NCBI GenBank assembly: GCA_951406725.2
Contig: OX597830.1
Coordinates: 52,948,001 to 53,012,000, forward strand
Direction of reading: 5' to 3'
DNA: 64,000 bases
Source of the DNA: Octopus vulgaris
Taxonomy: Eukaryota
Each line of letters begins with the position of its first letter. Within the stretch, counting starts at the first letter, position 1. Of the stretch, positions 1 to 12,963 are shown piece by piece. The notes beneath the pieces were generated by a model. It made no database searches. It had not been told where the DNA came from and saw nothing but the letters and a program-made list of their open reading frames with translations. The position numbers and the translations under genes are program-made.

Positions 1-83
1 TACTTTACATGTAGTTTTACATGTCTCTAGAACTAGGAGGTGAATTTGTAACTGTAACTCATATATATATATATATATGTATA

Positions 84-142
<59 letters not shown>

Positions 143-147
143 GCATA

Positions 148-390
148 ATAAGGTAAAAACCAAGGCTGTATAGATATTAGAGCATTTATAGATAGAAGGT
201 CTTACAGATGTTTCTAGGATATTAATTAATAATATCCCTTAATTGGAGACAGTGTGAGAGGAAACTAACTATGACTTAATTTTTCCTTCACACTGTTTCC
301 GATGAAGAATTAATATCCTAGAAACAGCTGTAAGACCTTCTATCTATAAATGCTCTTATATCTATACAGCCTTGGTTTTTTTATCTTATT
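148..390. repeat. Long inverted repeat between (TA)n tracts with hammerhead-like motifs (probable Penelope-like remnant)
   Basis: Arm ~148-228 is the reverse complement of ~308-390. CCGATGA..GAAAC-AGCT-GTA at 299-332. Confidence 0.65.
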
Positions 391-551
391 ACGCAAAAAA
401 CTTTTATATACACACGCTGACATAGAACCAACGTTGAACCCTTTATTCGCAATATTACCGAATCTGGAACTTAACTTACGGTCTTATTCAGCATTACCTG
501 ACACCTTTGGGTCTCAATGACACCATTATCTCTTATAACCTCAACTTCTTG

Positions 552-591
<40 letters not shown>

Positions 592-666
592 AAATATTAG
601 GGAATAAATCCAAACTTACAGGGAAAAATCAGATTTAGGATTGAATCCAATTTTATAGTAAAATAT

Positions 667-890
667 TATATTATATTAAATTAGAGATAAAACCACTATT
701 AGGCAAATCATACAATGAAAAACTTAAGCCAATACATAAGATTAATTAATTTATATTATTTTAAATATATATCAAAATTTTTTTAATAATTTTGATATAT
801 ATTTAAAATAATATAAATTAATTAATCTTATGTATTGGCTTAAGTTTTTCATTTTATGATTTGCCTAATAGTGGTTTTATCTCTAATTTA

Positions 891-899
<9 letters not shown>
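667..899. repeat. Near-perfect inverted repeat (~112-bp arms, ~10-nt spacer)
   Basis: GAGATAAAACCACTATTAGGCAAATCAT... mirrored by ...ATGATTTGCCTAATAGTGGTTTTATCTC; flanked by (TA)n. Confidence 0.9.
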
Positions 900-926
<27 letters not shown>

Positions 927-1184
927 CACATATGAATATATACATGTATACATACATACATGTAGGTAACTTCCAATGACAGTTTAAACCTCTGCTTAAA
1001 ACTAGTGTTGTATTTATATTATATCCCTTTATATTCCATAACTTAAATATTCATTAAATACAGACCCAGGAGATAAGTGGCAGACTTATATGCAGGGATC
1101 AATATTATTGCCTAAACCCTTCAAGGCAGTACTCCAGCATGGTCACAGTTCAGTGACTGAAATTATTAAAAGAACAAAAGACTC

Positions 1185-1252
<68 letters not shown>

Positions 1253-1255
<3 letters not shown>

Positions 1256-1482
1256 GGTGTCTGTAAAGTTACTATACAGTTAGGCTGAAAACAACTCTAT
1301 GACGTAAGCATATTGAAAGCTAGCTTACAATTTCAACATTTATCATAACTGTAGTAAATGTATATGATTGTCTATATTGTTACAATATTTTCTGATGTAA
1401 TATATTTTCTGAAAATCTTTTTAGTCTAACCATGATATTTCTTTATTACAAATAACAGTACAGTATCTTTATGGACCCCCTG
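1253..1482. mobile_element. Tc1/mariner-type MITE (second copy ~2387-2616)
   Basis: Imperfect TIRs CAGGGTGTCTGTAAAGTTACT / AGTATCTTTATGGACCCCCTG in a TA context. Confidence 0.65.
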
Positions 1483-1500
1483 TATCTATCTATCTATCTA

Positions 1501-1552
<52 letters not shown>

Positions 1553-1562
1553 TAATATATAC

Positions 1563-1956
1563 ACTAGCAGTATAGCCCAGTGTTGCTCGGGTTTGTTTTC
1601 TTTTCAATCCTTTAGAATTGGAATTTTTGAAAAGTAAAAATTTTGCATTATGTAGCTTGTTATTCTCTTTAAGTGAACATTTTTCTGGTTGAAATACACC
1701 GAAAAATGGCGACACAGCAGTCAAAAAATCATTAAAAAATAGAGATTTTCATTGAAAAAAAAAACACCTTTTTGATGTAAATAATTTTTGGTCTTAACAT
1801 CGTCCAATTTGAATTTTTTCTTCTACGGAATGAAGAGCAAGCCTCCTTCTATCACACTATCAATTTTGGTCAACTTGCACCACATGGTCTCGGAGGAGAT
1901 AGTGTTAGTTGAAGGCTACTAAACCTGCCACACACACACAGACAACTTCAGCTTTG

Positions 1957-1960
<4 letters not shown>
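1563..1960 (+). mobile_element. Non-autonomous Helitron/Helentron-like element (truncated copy 2701-2857)
   Basis: 5' ACTAGC..GCCCAGTGTTGCTCGGG hairpin; 3' (CA)n-CAGAC..CTTTGTATA end resembling HINE/Lep1-type elements. Confidence 0.45.
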
Positions 1961-1998
<38 letters not shown>

Positions 1999-2030
1999 AA
2001 TTGCTTAATAGTGGTTTTATCTCTAATTTA

Positions 2031-2072
<42 letters not shown>

Positions 2073-2330
2073 CACATATGAATATATACATGTATACATA
2101 CATACATGTAGGTAACTTCCAATGACAGTTTAAACCTCTGCTTAAAACTAGTGTTGTATTTATATTATATCCCTTTATATTCCATAACTTAAATATTCAT
2201 TAAATACAGACCCAGGAGATAAGTGGCAGACTTATATGCAGGGATCAATATTATTGCCTAAACCCTTCAAGGCAGTACTCCAGCATGGTCACAGTTCAGT
2301 GACTGAAATTATTAAAAGAACAAAAGACTC

Positions 2331-2389
<59 letters not shown>

Positions 2390-2634
2390 GGTGTCTGTAA
2401 AGTTACTATACAGTTAGGCTGAAAACAACTCTATGACGTAAGCATATTGAAAGCTAGCTTACAATTTCAACATTTATCATAACTGTAGTAAATGTATATG
2501 ATTGTCTATATTGTTACAATATTTTCTGATGTAATATATTTTCTGAAAATCTTTTTAGTCTAACCATGATATTTCTTTATTACAAATAACAGTACAGTAT
2601 CTTTATGGACCCCCTGTATCTATCTATCTATCTA

Positions 2635-2690
<56 letters not shown>

Positions 2691-2857
2691 TAATATATAC
2701 ACTAGCAGTATAGCCCAGTGTTGCTCGGGTTTGTTTTCTTTTCAATCCTTTAGAATTGGAATTTTTGAAAAGTAAAAATTTTGCATTATGTAGCTTGTTA
2801 TTCTCTTTAAGTGAACATTTTTCTGGTTGAAATACACCGAAAAATGGCGACACAGCA

Positions 2858-3054
2858 CGAGGCCAGTCTGGGCAGCGCTGGCAACGGCCACGAACGGATG
2901 GTGCTTTTTATGTGCCACCAGCCCGAGGCCAGTCAGGGCGGCGCTGGCAACGGCCACATTCGGATGGTTCTCTTACGTGCCACCGGCACTGGTAATTCAG
3001 CTGCAATTTCCATTGATCAATTTCGATTCTGATTCTAACTTGCCTCAACAGGTC

Positions 3055-3121
<67 letters not shown>

Positions 3122-3230
3122 GTGTGTGTACACACATACACATACTACAAATACTCTTTTACAGATTGTCGAACAGTCCAACCCATGCTGTCATGGAAGA
3201 TGGTTGTTAAATGATGATGATGATTATGAT
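2858..3230. mobile_element. RTE-LINE 3' UTR fragments (minus piece 2858-3058; plus tail ~3165-3230)
   Basis: Same ~62-bp GTGCC-GGTGGCAC unit and CCAACCCATGC...(GAT)n tail as the element at 49315-50531. Confidence 0.7.
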
Positions 3231-4528
3231 GATATATATATATATACTTTTCTTTTAGCATTTAATAATATTGACTTAAATTCCAGTATATTGTTGTTGT
3301 TGTTGTTGTTATCATTATTATTATTATTTATTGATATTATTTATTAATGTTATTATTTTTTATTGTTGTTGTTCTAGTTATTGTTATTATTACTGTTTAC
3401 AAAATTCCACAAATCTAATAATTCGCTTATTGACAACACTTCAATGAACATTATATTTGTGTGTGTGTGTATGTGTATGAAAGAGAGAGAAAAGCATTGG
3501 AATGTCTTTGTATGAAATATTCTATAATATAGATTTAATTTAGGGGGCAATAGCTCATACACAGAACATGCGCATTTATACATGATAATGTACGTATGTA
3601 TTATATCAGCATCAGTAGTAGCATTTTACATTTGTTTTTCCATCCTGGCAGGATTTGGGAATTTTTATTTTTCCTAAAATAGTGTTTTACAGTTGGATGC
3701 CCTTCTTATTACCAACTCTTTTAGCCTTCACTTACAACCTTTTCTTGTATTCCTTGTTTTATGTCATCTGTATGCCATGAGGGATAGCATAGGACATAAC
3801 CAAATTTCTATCACCCACCTCATCATTCCACCTCTCTCATCATTAACAAGACCTCTATATAAGGAATTGCATCTTATCATCAGTTTCTATTCAGTACAAT
3901 CTACCATCATCCATTTTTATTGTCAGTCATCACTCACTCTTACCATTCTCCACATTTTTAACTATCCATCACTGTCTCTCCACCATTAACCAGACTTATA
4001 TATGAGGGACTGCATCTGATCAGTTTCTACCCATCAGCCTATCATCAGCCTTTCTGTATTGCCAATCTTACCATTTTCTACATCTTTTACCATCCATCAC
4101 TCTCTCTCTCTCCTCCTCTACCACCATCACCCTCTCGCACCAATCAGTCTGTTTCTACTCTTGTTCCCTTGCTGGTTCATCTTCTTTCATCAAAGTCTCT
4201 TCTATCCATCATCTCAAAGATGTTACCTTGAACAAACGCACACATCATGGGGAGCTAGACACTCTGTACCAAGGTCCATGGCAAACTCACTAACGCTGAT
4301 GCTGTGATAAAACACTTCCAGTTATACTCTGTAAAACAGCTGCCTAGCACCGACCATTTGAAGGAGTGGACAACTGAATGCATTTCATCATATCAGTAAG
4401 ATATAGTCCTGTGGCACTTCTAGGAGGGCAGTGACTTACAGTTAGAACTAGCCTACCGTGACGACCATTCAACCGACACTAACATGAGAGCAGACATGAA
4501 ATGATTGTAATGATGATGTGAAAGACTA

Positions 4529-5049
4529 TATATATATATATATATATGTAGCTAGGGAGAGGGAGAGAGACATAGATAAACAAATGGATACATAGAGTCC
4601 TATTTTCCAACTTTTCATCACTGAACGCATGACTAACTATGTTATGCAACAATGAGAAGGAGTTTCAAATGTCTTTTATCTAATTGTCAGAAGGTAACTC
4701 TGTCTGTTTGTGTGTGTGTGTGTGTTGATGTATGTGTTGATGTGTATGTGTGTGTGTGTGTACACGTAAAGAAAGCTATGACAATGTATGTATATATATA
4801 TATGTGTGTGTGTGTGTATATATATATGTGTGTGTATGTATATATATATATATATATGTGTGTGTATATATATATATATGTGTATATATATGTGTATATA
4901 TATATATATGTGTATATATATATATATGTGTATATATATATATATGTGTATATATATATATATGTGTATATATATATATATGTGTATATATATATATATG
5001 AGTATATATATATATGTGTATATATATATATGTATATATGTATATATAC

Positions 5050-5110
<61 letters not shown>
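4529..5110. repeat. Compound (TA)n/(TG)n microsatellite with ~18-bp higher-order unit
   Basis: Repeated TGTG(TA)7 units, then a long (TA)n tract. Confidence 0.95.
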
Positions 5111-5114
<4 letters not shown>

Positions 5115-5726
5115 AACAGACAATTATTAAAAAATTTTCAAACCTATATATCAAAATATATTCATAAAAGGTGGAGTAAGTAATACATGAGGAAATATCT
5201 CTGAATGACAGTGCCACCGTACTATGGAAGATGGCAATCTGCAGAGACCAAAAGATCACGTTTAATTGGACAGATGTTGCTGATAAGGATCACAAGGAAA
5301 GAAAGTGGCTTCTAACAGAAATATCAATCCCAACACATTACACGGAATCTCTCAAAGCAATGGAAACGCATTACTAAATTGATCGCAGATTCATCTTCAT
5401 CTCTGGCAGTAAAATGTCACTGTTAAGTACTACAGTTGAGGTAATAGGTTTGATCCCACCTCTCAAAATTGCTAAGCCTTATGCCAGAACTAGAAAGGAT
5501 TATTATTATGGTATTTGGTAGAATTGTTAGTGTTGAATGAAATGCCTCATGGTTTTGTTTTGTTTTTGGGTTTTTTTTTTTAACCAGCTCTTTGTACTTA
5601 GAATTCAAATCATGCCACAACCAACAGTCAAGGATTGGGGTCAATGTAATCAACTAACCCCTCCCACTAAAATTTATGACCTTGTGCCAAAATTAGAAAG
5701 AATTATTATTATTATTATTATTATTT

Positions 5727-5928
5727 AAGATGGGGAGCTGGTAGAGCCATTAGCGTGCTTAGCAGCTTTTTGTCCATCTTTATGTTCTGATTTCAAATTT
5801 CACTGAAGTTGACTTTGCCTTTCATCCTTTTGGGGTCAATAAATTAAGCACCAGTGAAACACTGGGGCCGATGTGATTGACTTACCCTCTCCCCACAAAT
5901 TTCAGGCTTTGTGCCTACAATAGAAAGG

Positions 5929-5930
<2 letters not shown>
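5727..5930 (+). mobile_element. tRNA-derived SINE, family B, diverged
   Basis: GACTTTGCCTTTCATCCTTT.GGGGTC.ATAAATTAAG core shared with 36529-36761; flanked by (ATT)n. Confidence 0.7.
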
Positions 5931-5970
<40 letters not shown>

Positions 5971-6804
5971 TGGCTTGGCAGAGTAATCCAATATCTCTGA
6001 GATTCTAGGTTGCCTTGGTAGTTGTCCCCATACTGGCGCCATTATATTCAGTGTACAGGTGGAGTTTGTAGTGAATCATACCTGTGTTCATTACCCAATA
6101 AATAGGATAGTTCTCATTAGAATACCTTTAATTGTAATATCAGCTCAAACAGGACTGATCTGACACCAGACAATATTTCTCGTGTAACAGAATCCATCAG
6201 TGAATCCCTGCACTCGTCAAATGACATGCATATTATTTAAACCCATCCTACATGATCTGGGTGGTGCATTCACACTACTAATGTTCTCTTCACATGATAT
6301 AAACTGTCATGCTTGATCGCCTTCCAGGGTTTTTTTCCCCCCTTCGTTTTGCTCTCCAATCAGCAAGCATAAGTAATGCTGTCATGTATTTCATGATATG
6401 TTTGTCTCTGTCAGGGTGAGGCACCACAATACAATGTTAAGCATTCAGTAGGGTGGAGTTTTTGAAATTCTGTTCTTAAAAAGGGTAAAACTTGTCCACA
6501 TTGTTTCATCTCACCTTACACCACCACTCTGTCCCACCTCACCATCTATCCTTTCTTTCCACATAACAATCCTGAATGTCATGTCAAATGTAAGATGGAA
6601 AAACATATCTTCATTGATTATTGCATTTTCCTAGAATATAGTTTATGTTTTTGATTGTTAAATTTTCCAATTAAGGAACACAAATATACCTCACAATCAG
6701 TGAAATCATTGATGAAAGTGGAGAGGTATGCAAGAGGGATGTCACTCTACCTTTGAGTTAATTGAGGCGGTCCTTGCATCTAAACACCCTCTTTTTCAAT
6801 CTCA

Positions 6805-7060
6805 GTGTCACAGATCATAGTATGGACAGTGAAATAGGGACAATGAAACACGAGTAGGGAGCGATTGACAGCCAGATAGGGACGGTGAGAGATGGACAAT
6901 GAGAGATGAATAGACAGAGATGAGTAGGGACAGATGGACAGTTAGAGATGAGCAGTGAGGGATGGACTATCAGATAGGGATGGTGAGAAATAAACAATCA
7001 GAAAGGACAAGGAAATGTTGACAGTGAGACAGCGAGATGTGGATAGTGAGAGATGAGCAA
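6805..7060 (+). repeat. Purine-rich degenerate minisatellite
   Basis: Recurring GATGGACAGTGAGA-like units. Confidence 0.65.
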
Positions 7061-7419
7061 GTATTAAATAGAAACAATCTGTGGAGGCCGAAAATAAATT
7101 AGTCAAGTATTATTATCCCTAAGTTATACAGCCTTAATGTAGGGCACAAATGAGCTGAGAGAATTGCTGAAGATTAAAGAAACCAGCCAAAGACTTGCAG
7201 AATAGATCTGCTGGAAACCTATAACCTACAATGCTATTAATTACCAGTTACGATATAAAATATATAAATACATGATGATATATACTGTACAGGCATGTCC
7301 ACACCTTCCAACACATGTTGGCCTGGACAGTTAGTGCAGTGTATGGTGAGATAGACGCAAAGTGGGTGATAAAAGGAGGGAAAGCAATGATTGAGTTGAT
7401 AGTGGGTGACACAAGACAA

Positions 7420-7625
7420 TCTCTCTTTCTCTTTTACTCTCTTTTACTTGTTTCAGTCATTTGACTGCGGCCATGCTGGGGCACCGCCTTTAGTCGAGCA
7501 AATCGACCCTGGGACTTATTCTTTGTAAGCCCAGTACTTATTCTATCGGTCTCTTTTGCTGAACCGCTAAGTGACGGGGACGTAAACACACCAGCAATAC
7601 TAGGGGGACAAACACAGACACACAA

Positions 7626-7694
<69 letters not shown>

Positions 7695-7858
7695 TACGAC
7701 CGGCTTCTTTCAGTGTCCGTCTACCAAATCCACTCACAAGGCATTGGTCGGCCCGGGGCTATAGCAGAAGACACTTGCCCAAGATGCCACGCAGTGGGAC
7801 TGAACCCGGAACCATGTGGTTGGTTAGCAAGCTACTTACCACACAGCCACTCCTGCGC
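7420..7858 (-). mobile_element. tRNA-derived SINE, family A, near full length with internal (TA)n(TG)n
   Basis: Head GCGCAGGAGTGGCTGTGTGGTAAG..GGTTCAGTCCC (A/B boxes); tail GCATGGCCGCAGTCAAATGACTGAAACAAGTAAAAGAG; many copies in the window. Confidence 0.85.
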
Positions 7859-8226
7859 AAGAAACAGAGATCACCATGATACCAGTAGAAAAGGCAAAGA
7901 GAAAGCACAGCATATCCTTGGGCCAGATGTTGGAGTAAGTTGTTGAATGCCAACCCATTGTGGGTGGGAAGCAGGGTTCTGGATGCAGTCCAAGATGTTC
8001 AGATACACAGCAGCGGCAGTACCATCATAGACACAACATATGAATGAGAAAGGAAGGAGTGATAGATGAATAAAGAAGGGAGGAGTGATGGCAAACTTTG
8101 TAGTGGGTTGCTGCAATAAGTGTGTGAATCTGACAGGGGAATAAGTTGAATAAAATCAAAATTAACTGATCATCATATATTTTCTTTTGCCCAAAGCCAG
8201 GTCTTTTTCAGTACCCCGCTTATATG

Positions 8227-8317
<91 letters not shown>

Positions 8318-9429
8318 CAAATAAGAAAAAATATTAGAATATTGGATTATTTATTCATTTAACAAAATGAGAAGCTCAATATTATACATATATATCTTAT
8401 AATTCAATACATATAAGATAAGAATACAAATTATTAAAATCATTAAAATCACTTCTTACAGCTGTTTCAGCCTATAGTTAAAAGTAATTATTTTAATTTT
8501 TATTGCCTATAGTTGTCAATATATTGAGGTTGTAGGCATTTAAAAATAGGGTGCTTATATATATAACCATAGGCCTCATCTGCATTATTATCATCATTTA
8601 ATGTTCATGTGCTATGCTGGTATCACTTAATGTTCGTGTTCTATGGGTTGGATGATTTGACAGGATGCAATATGTCCAAAGACTGCATCATATTCCTATT
8701 CTTGCTTTTGTTTGTTTTTTTTATGGTTGGACACCCTTCCTATTGCCAACACTTTCCAATGTGTACTTGGTGCTTTGTTTTCATGACACCAGCACTGGTG
8801 AGGTTGCCATGCCGCCAGCAAGACAAGGATTCCCTTCAACTGAGTGGGGTTACAGCAGAGAAGGGAGATGGTTTTTATGCTGTGCGATGAGGAGTTAAAA
8901 GTGTGAGAGAAGGAGTGGTAGTACAGAACTGGTTTCTTGTTGTAGAGGAGCCACACAGCCACTCACATTAATGATGAGAGAATGGGAAAGGCTGGGATGG
9001 AGGAGGTAAGAAATGAAAATAGTAGTGATGTGGTGTTGGGGTTGACCCTCAAGGTAGTGAGTTGAGTCGAAGTGAATGAGGGACAGATTGGGAAGTATGA
9101 GTAGATAGGGGTTAGAAGAGTGTATAGGGGAGTGAGAGATGGTTAGAGATGAGGAATGAGTGAGAGGATGAATAGAATGAAGAACAAATGTTAAGAGATG
9201 AAAAGCAGGGAAGAGTAAAGAGTAAACTGTGGTTATTACATTCATTAATTCCAACAGGTTAATAATTATATATTGAATATATATATATGCAACCTCATAA
9301 CACACACACACACACACACATAAGTGGTTCTGTAGACATGTGTAAACAATGTGGAATTGAGCCCAGGGAAGCAAGTAATGGGACTAATATTCCAGCAGCA
9401 ACTGATTTTATTAAAATTGGGTGAAGGAA

Positions 9430-10440
9430 AAAGATAATGATAATAATGACAATGATAATAATTATGATCAGGATTATTATCTTGGTGGTGGTGGTGGTGG
9501 TGGTGGTAGCAGCAGCGGCGGCGGCGGCTGCTGCTGCTGCAGTGTTGGTGGCAGTGGCAGCTGCAACAGTGGGAGTGCTAGTGGTAGCAGAACTATATTA
9601 AAGATGATAAGGATGAGAAATGTCCATCACCTTGACGATTATGTTTTATGATGATGATGATGATGATGACAAAAATCATGTTGATAATATATTGACGATA
9701 ATGACTTTGATCTTGACTGTTGTTAGGATGATGACAGTGATTGTGATGATGAGTGAACTTATCAAGAACACCAATTATGATGATGATGATGATGATGATA
9801 ATGTTCATATGGTGGTGGTTCTGCTGCTGCTGGAAATAGCAGCTGAGATGGTGCGGAGGAAGACGACGAAAGTGATGATATTGTCTAATTAGGAATGATT
9901 ATTTAAGAAGTTGTTTCTTATGATTCATTCCATGTTTCTTTTGCAATGGACACACCCTGTTTACGTTTGGTTCTCCTTCTTTTTTTATTGTATGTCTGTG
10001 CAAGAGAGAGATGGGCAAACATGTTTACATACACACACACACACACGCATACACACATATATGAACACACACACCATATACATACACACATATATACACA
10101 TGGACACACACACATACACATATGCATATACACACCATATACATACACACATGGACACACACATATATGCATACATACCTAAACACATACACACATATAC
10201 ATACACACACATACGCAAACACACATATACACATACACACCATATACATACACACATAAACACACACACATATACATACACACATAAACACATATGCAAA
10301 CACATATGCATACAGACACATACACAAACACATATACACATACACACACACATATATACACATACACACACACATATATGCATACACACATAAATACATA
10401 CACACATATACATACACACACATATACAAATACATATATC
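9430..10440. repeat. Trinucleotide mosaic (GAT/GGT/AGC/GGC/TGC) followed by a long (CA/TA)n tract
   Basis: Read directly from the sequence. Confidence 0.9.
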
Positions 10441-11989
10441 ATTACCATCATCACTTAATATCTGTCTTCTGTGTTTGCCAGGTTTGACTTGATCTTATGG
10501 TATAAAATATTTTAGTTACATATACGAAAATTGTTGATGGCTATTAATGACAGAGAAATAGGGGGAAAAATGAGAACACCTAATCACAAAAACTGACTGA
10601 TAGAATTCTGTGTTGCACCTGAGGTTCTTCTATCTGGTAACCCAAAATCCCAGTTTTTACAATGCCCCGTGGAACTTCTAGAAAGTTTGACCAGATTATT
10701 CAGCAGGAAGATTTCAGGTGATTTGGTTAGACACCAGCCACCCTGACTGGCTGGTCCATGTTTAAATAGGTGTTAATGAATTTTATGATGACACAATTAA
10801 TTTTTCCAAACTGGCTTTAGCTTTTATTGCTGTTTCGGAGGCTATGGTCCTGAGCTGAGGAAAATGAACATGATTGTTCAAATCTCAGTGGAAGCCTTGC
10901 TACACTCCTTAAACACTTTTCTATTTCCAGTACACTCTATACAAGTATTCTGCCATCAAGTAACTTTAAGTGCATCCTGTATCCTTGCCCTTTTGTTAGT
11001 TTGTTTGAGTGGGAAGGACAAGCACATGGCTTCCAAGACCATTGATATCAAACCAATTAATGTTCTTGAATGGGAAGGATTGGCTATAATATGAAGAATG
11101 AGAGGAGAGATGAATTCCGGGCATATGACCAACAAGCTCTGAGCAGCATTGTAGACTTTGCTTTCCCATAATTCTTTTAATACACTTTAAAAAATTATTG
11201 TAATATACTCCATTATCATCATCAGCAGCAGCAGCATTGTTGTTGTTGTTGTTGACATTACTTTAACATGCACTTTCCTATGCTTGCATACAACAAATAA
11301 AATTTGTTGAGGCATAAATTCCATATCTAAATGCTCTTACTGTTACCATCTTCACCTGTTTCCAAGCAAAACAATATTTCTCCTAGTCCTTCAGACTTGA
11401 ACAGCATAACAGCCAGACATGTTTTCATGGAAGATTGCAAATGAATGCCATTGCTCATATGGTGATGATGTATGCCTACAATTAGCATATGATGTCAAGA
11501 CACTTACACACATATAAAGTCTTCTTTCAGTTTCCATGTATCAGCTCCATCACAAGGCTCTAGTTAACCTGGAGCTATAATAGAAAACACTTGCACAGTG
11601 GGATTGAATACAAAACCCTGTGGATACATAAGGAAGTTCTTAGCTATACATGCACCCCTATTTTGCATAGATTCTCACTCAAGTACTATCTACTGCTCTC
11701 TACACAAGTATTCCAGCTGCTATTAAACTTTGATGTCATTCTCTTTGGTTATAAAGACATAGAATGTCCTTATAACCAAACTTTACCATTACCAGTTCTT
11801 ATATTCTATGTATTTGCAATCATCAACAGTAATGCTGTGAATGTTTGGGTTGTCCCAAGAATTTTTAGCAGGAGAACACCATTTGTCCCCAAAAGCTGTG
11901 TATAATTGAGTGTGCATACATTTTTATTTTATTTATTTTGCTGGTTTCTTTTCTCCGTTTATTTCACGGTTTACTTTTGTTCTTTGTCA

Positions 11990-12305
11990 GTGGAGGCACA
12001 ATGGCCCAACGGTTTAGGCAGTGAACTCGCGGTCGGAGGATCGTAGTTTTGATTCCCAGACCAGGCACTGTGTGTGTTTATTGAGCAAAAACACCTAAAA
12101 GCTCCACGAGGCTCCGGCAGGGGGTGGTGGTGACCCCTGTTGTACTCTTTCACCCCAACTTTCTCTCACTCTCTCTTCCTGTTTCTTGAGTAACGCTGCG
12201 ATGGACTAGCGTCCCATCTGGCTGGGGGGAACACATACGCCATAGAAACCAGGAAACCGGGCCCATGAGCCTGGCTAGGCTTGAAAAGGGCGCATAAAAA
12301 TAAAA
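11990..12305 (+). mobile_element. tRNA-derived SINE, family C, with 12-bp target-site duplication
   Basis: TSD TGTTCTTTGTCA at 11978-11989 and 12306-12317; tRNA-like head; (TAAAA)n tail. Confidence 0.85.
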
Positions 12306-12963
12306 TGTTCTTTGTCACTGAATTATTGCAAATAAAGACTGTCTTTCATTTTGTATTCTGTTGTTCAGAACTCCATATTTATCTGATGAATCTATAAAAT
12401 TAAATACACTTCCTCATTCTTAATAGTGAAATGAAGCTTCAATTGCTTTTATTTTCAAATTTTGACCTCACCATTTTCTGAAAGATGAGCCATTTTTAAA
12501 GCCATCACTATTTATCTCCCTTCTTTCTTCAGACACAGCAAGCAATTGGATTTCAATTCCAGTTCAGAACTGCTTATGGTCAAGTTGTCTCTGTCCTAAT
12601 TGAAAGGCATAACCATTGCAAATTTTCATTCCTTGTCCTGTCTCATTTTTGCCATATATCTTTTTATTTTCTTGCATTTCTATCAACAACACTTCCTGAA
12701 TAAGCTTTTTGAAGTCCTCTTTTGTGTGACTTGTCTATCTGCTTCTCGCTATGTCAGGGCAGGAAGGTTCTTACTTTATCTATTGTTTTTAATCACTATT
12801 GAATATAAGTTGAACAACCTCATAATATGCTCATGTAACGCTCTTATCCTTTTATTAACAACTGTTATTTATTGTAAAATATAACAATGGACTGCAAAAC
12901 CATAACTTGACAAGGGGCAGAGTAAAGCTAGTTGAATCAAGAGTAGTTTGTGGCTATTATGTA

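Larger units (their letters stand above)
861..2857 (+). repeat. Direct duplication of ~860 bp (861-1719 and 2001-2857)
   Basis: Near-identical copies differing mainly in (TA)n length; this explains the twin ORFs 1494..1724 and 2632..2853. Confidence 0.92.

Noticed and set aside
4652-5183. Long YI/CV/HT-repeat ORFs (also 9911-10454, 16650-17026 and others)
   Set aside because: They are translations of (TA)n/(CA)n microsatellites, which lack stop codons.
9421-9892. Gly/Ser/Cys/Asp homopolymer ORFs
   Set aside because: Trinucleotide mosaic with no recognisable domain or convincing splice structure.
11990-12065. tRNA gene (also other tRNA-like heads)
   Set aside because: Degenerate cloverleaf continuing into a SINE body with tail and TSDs.
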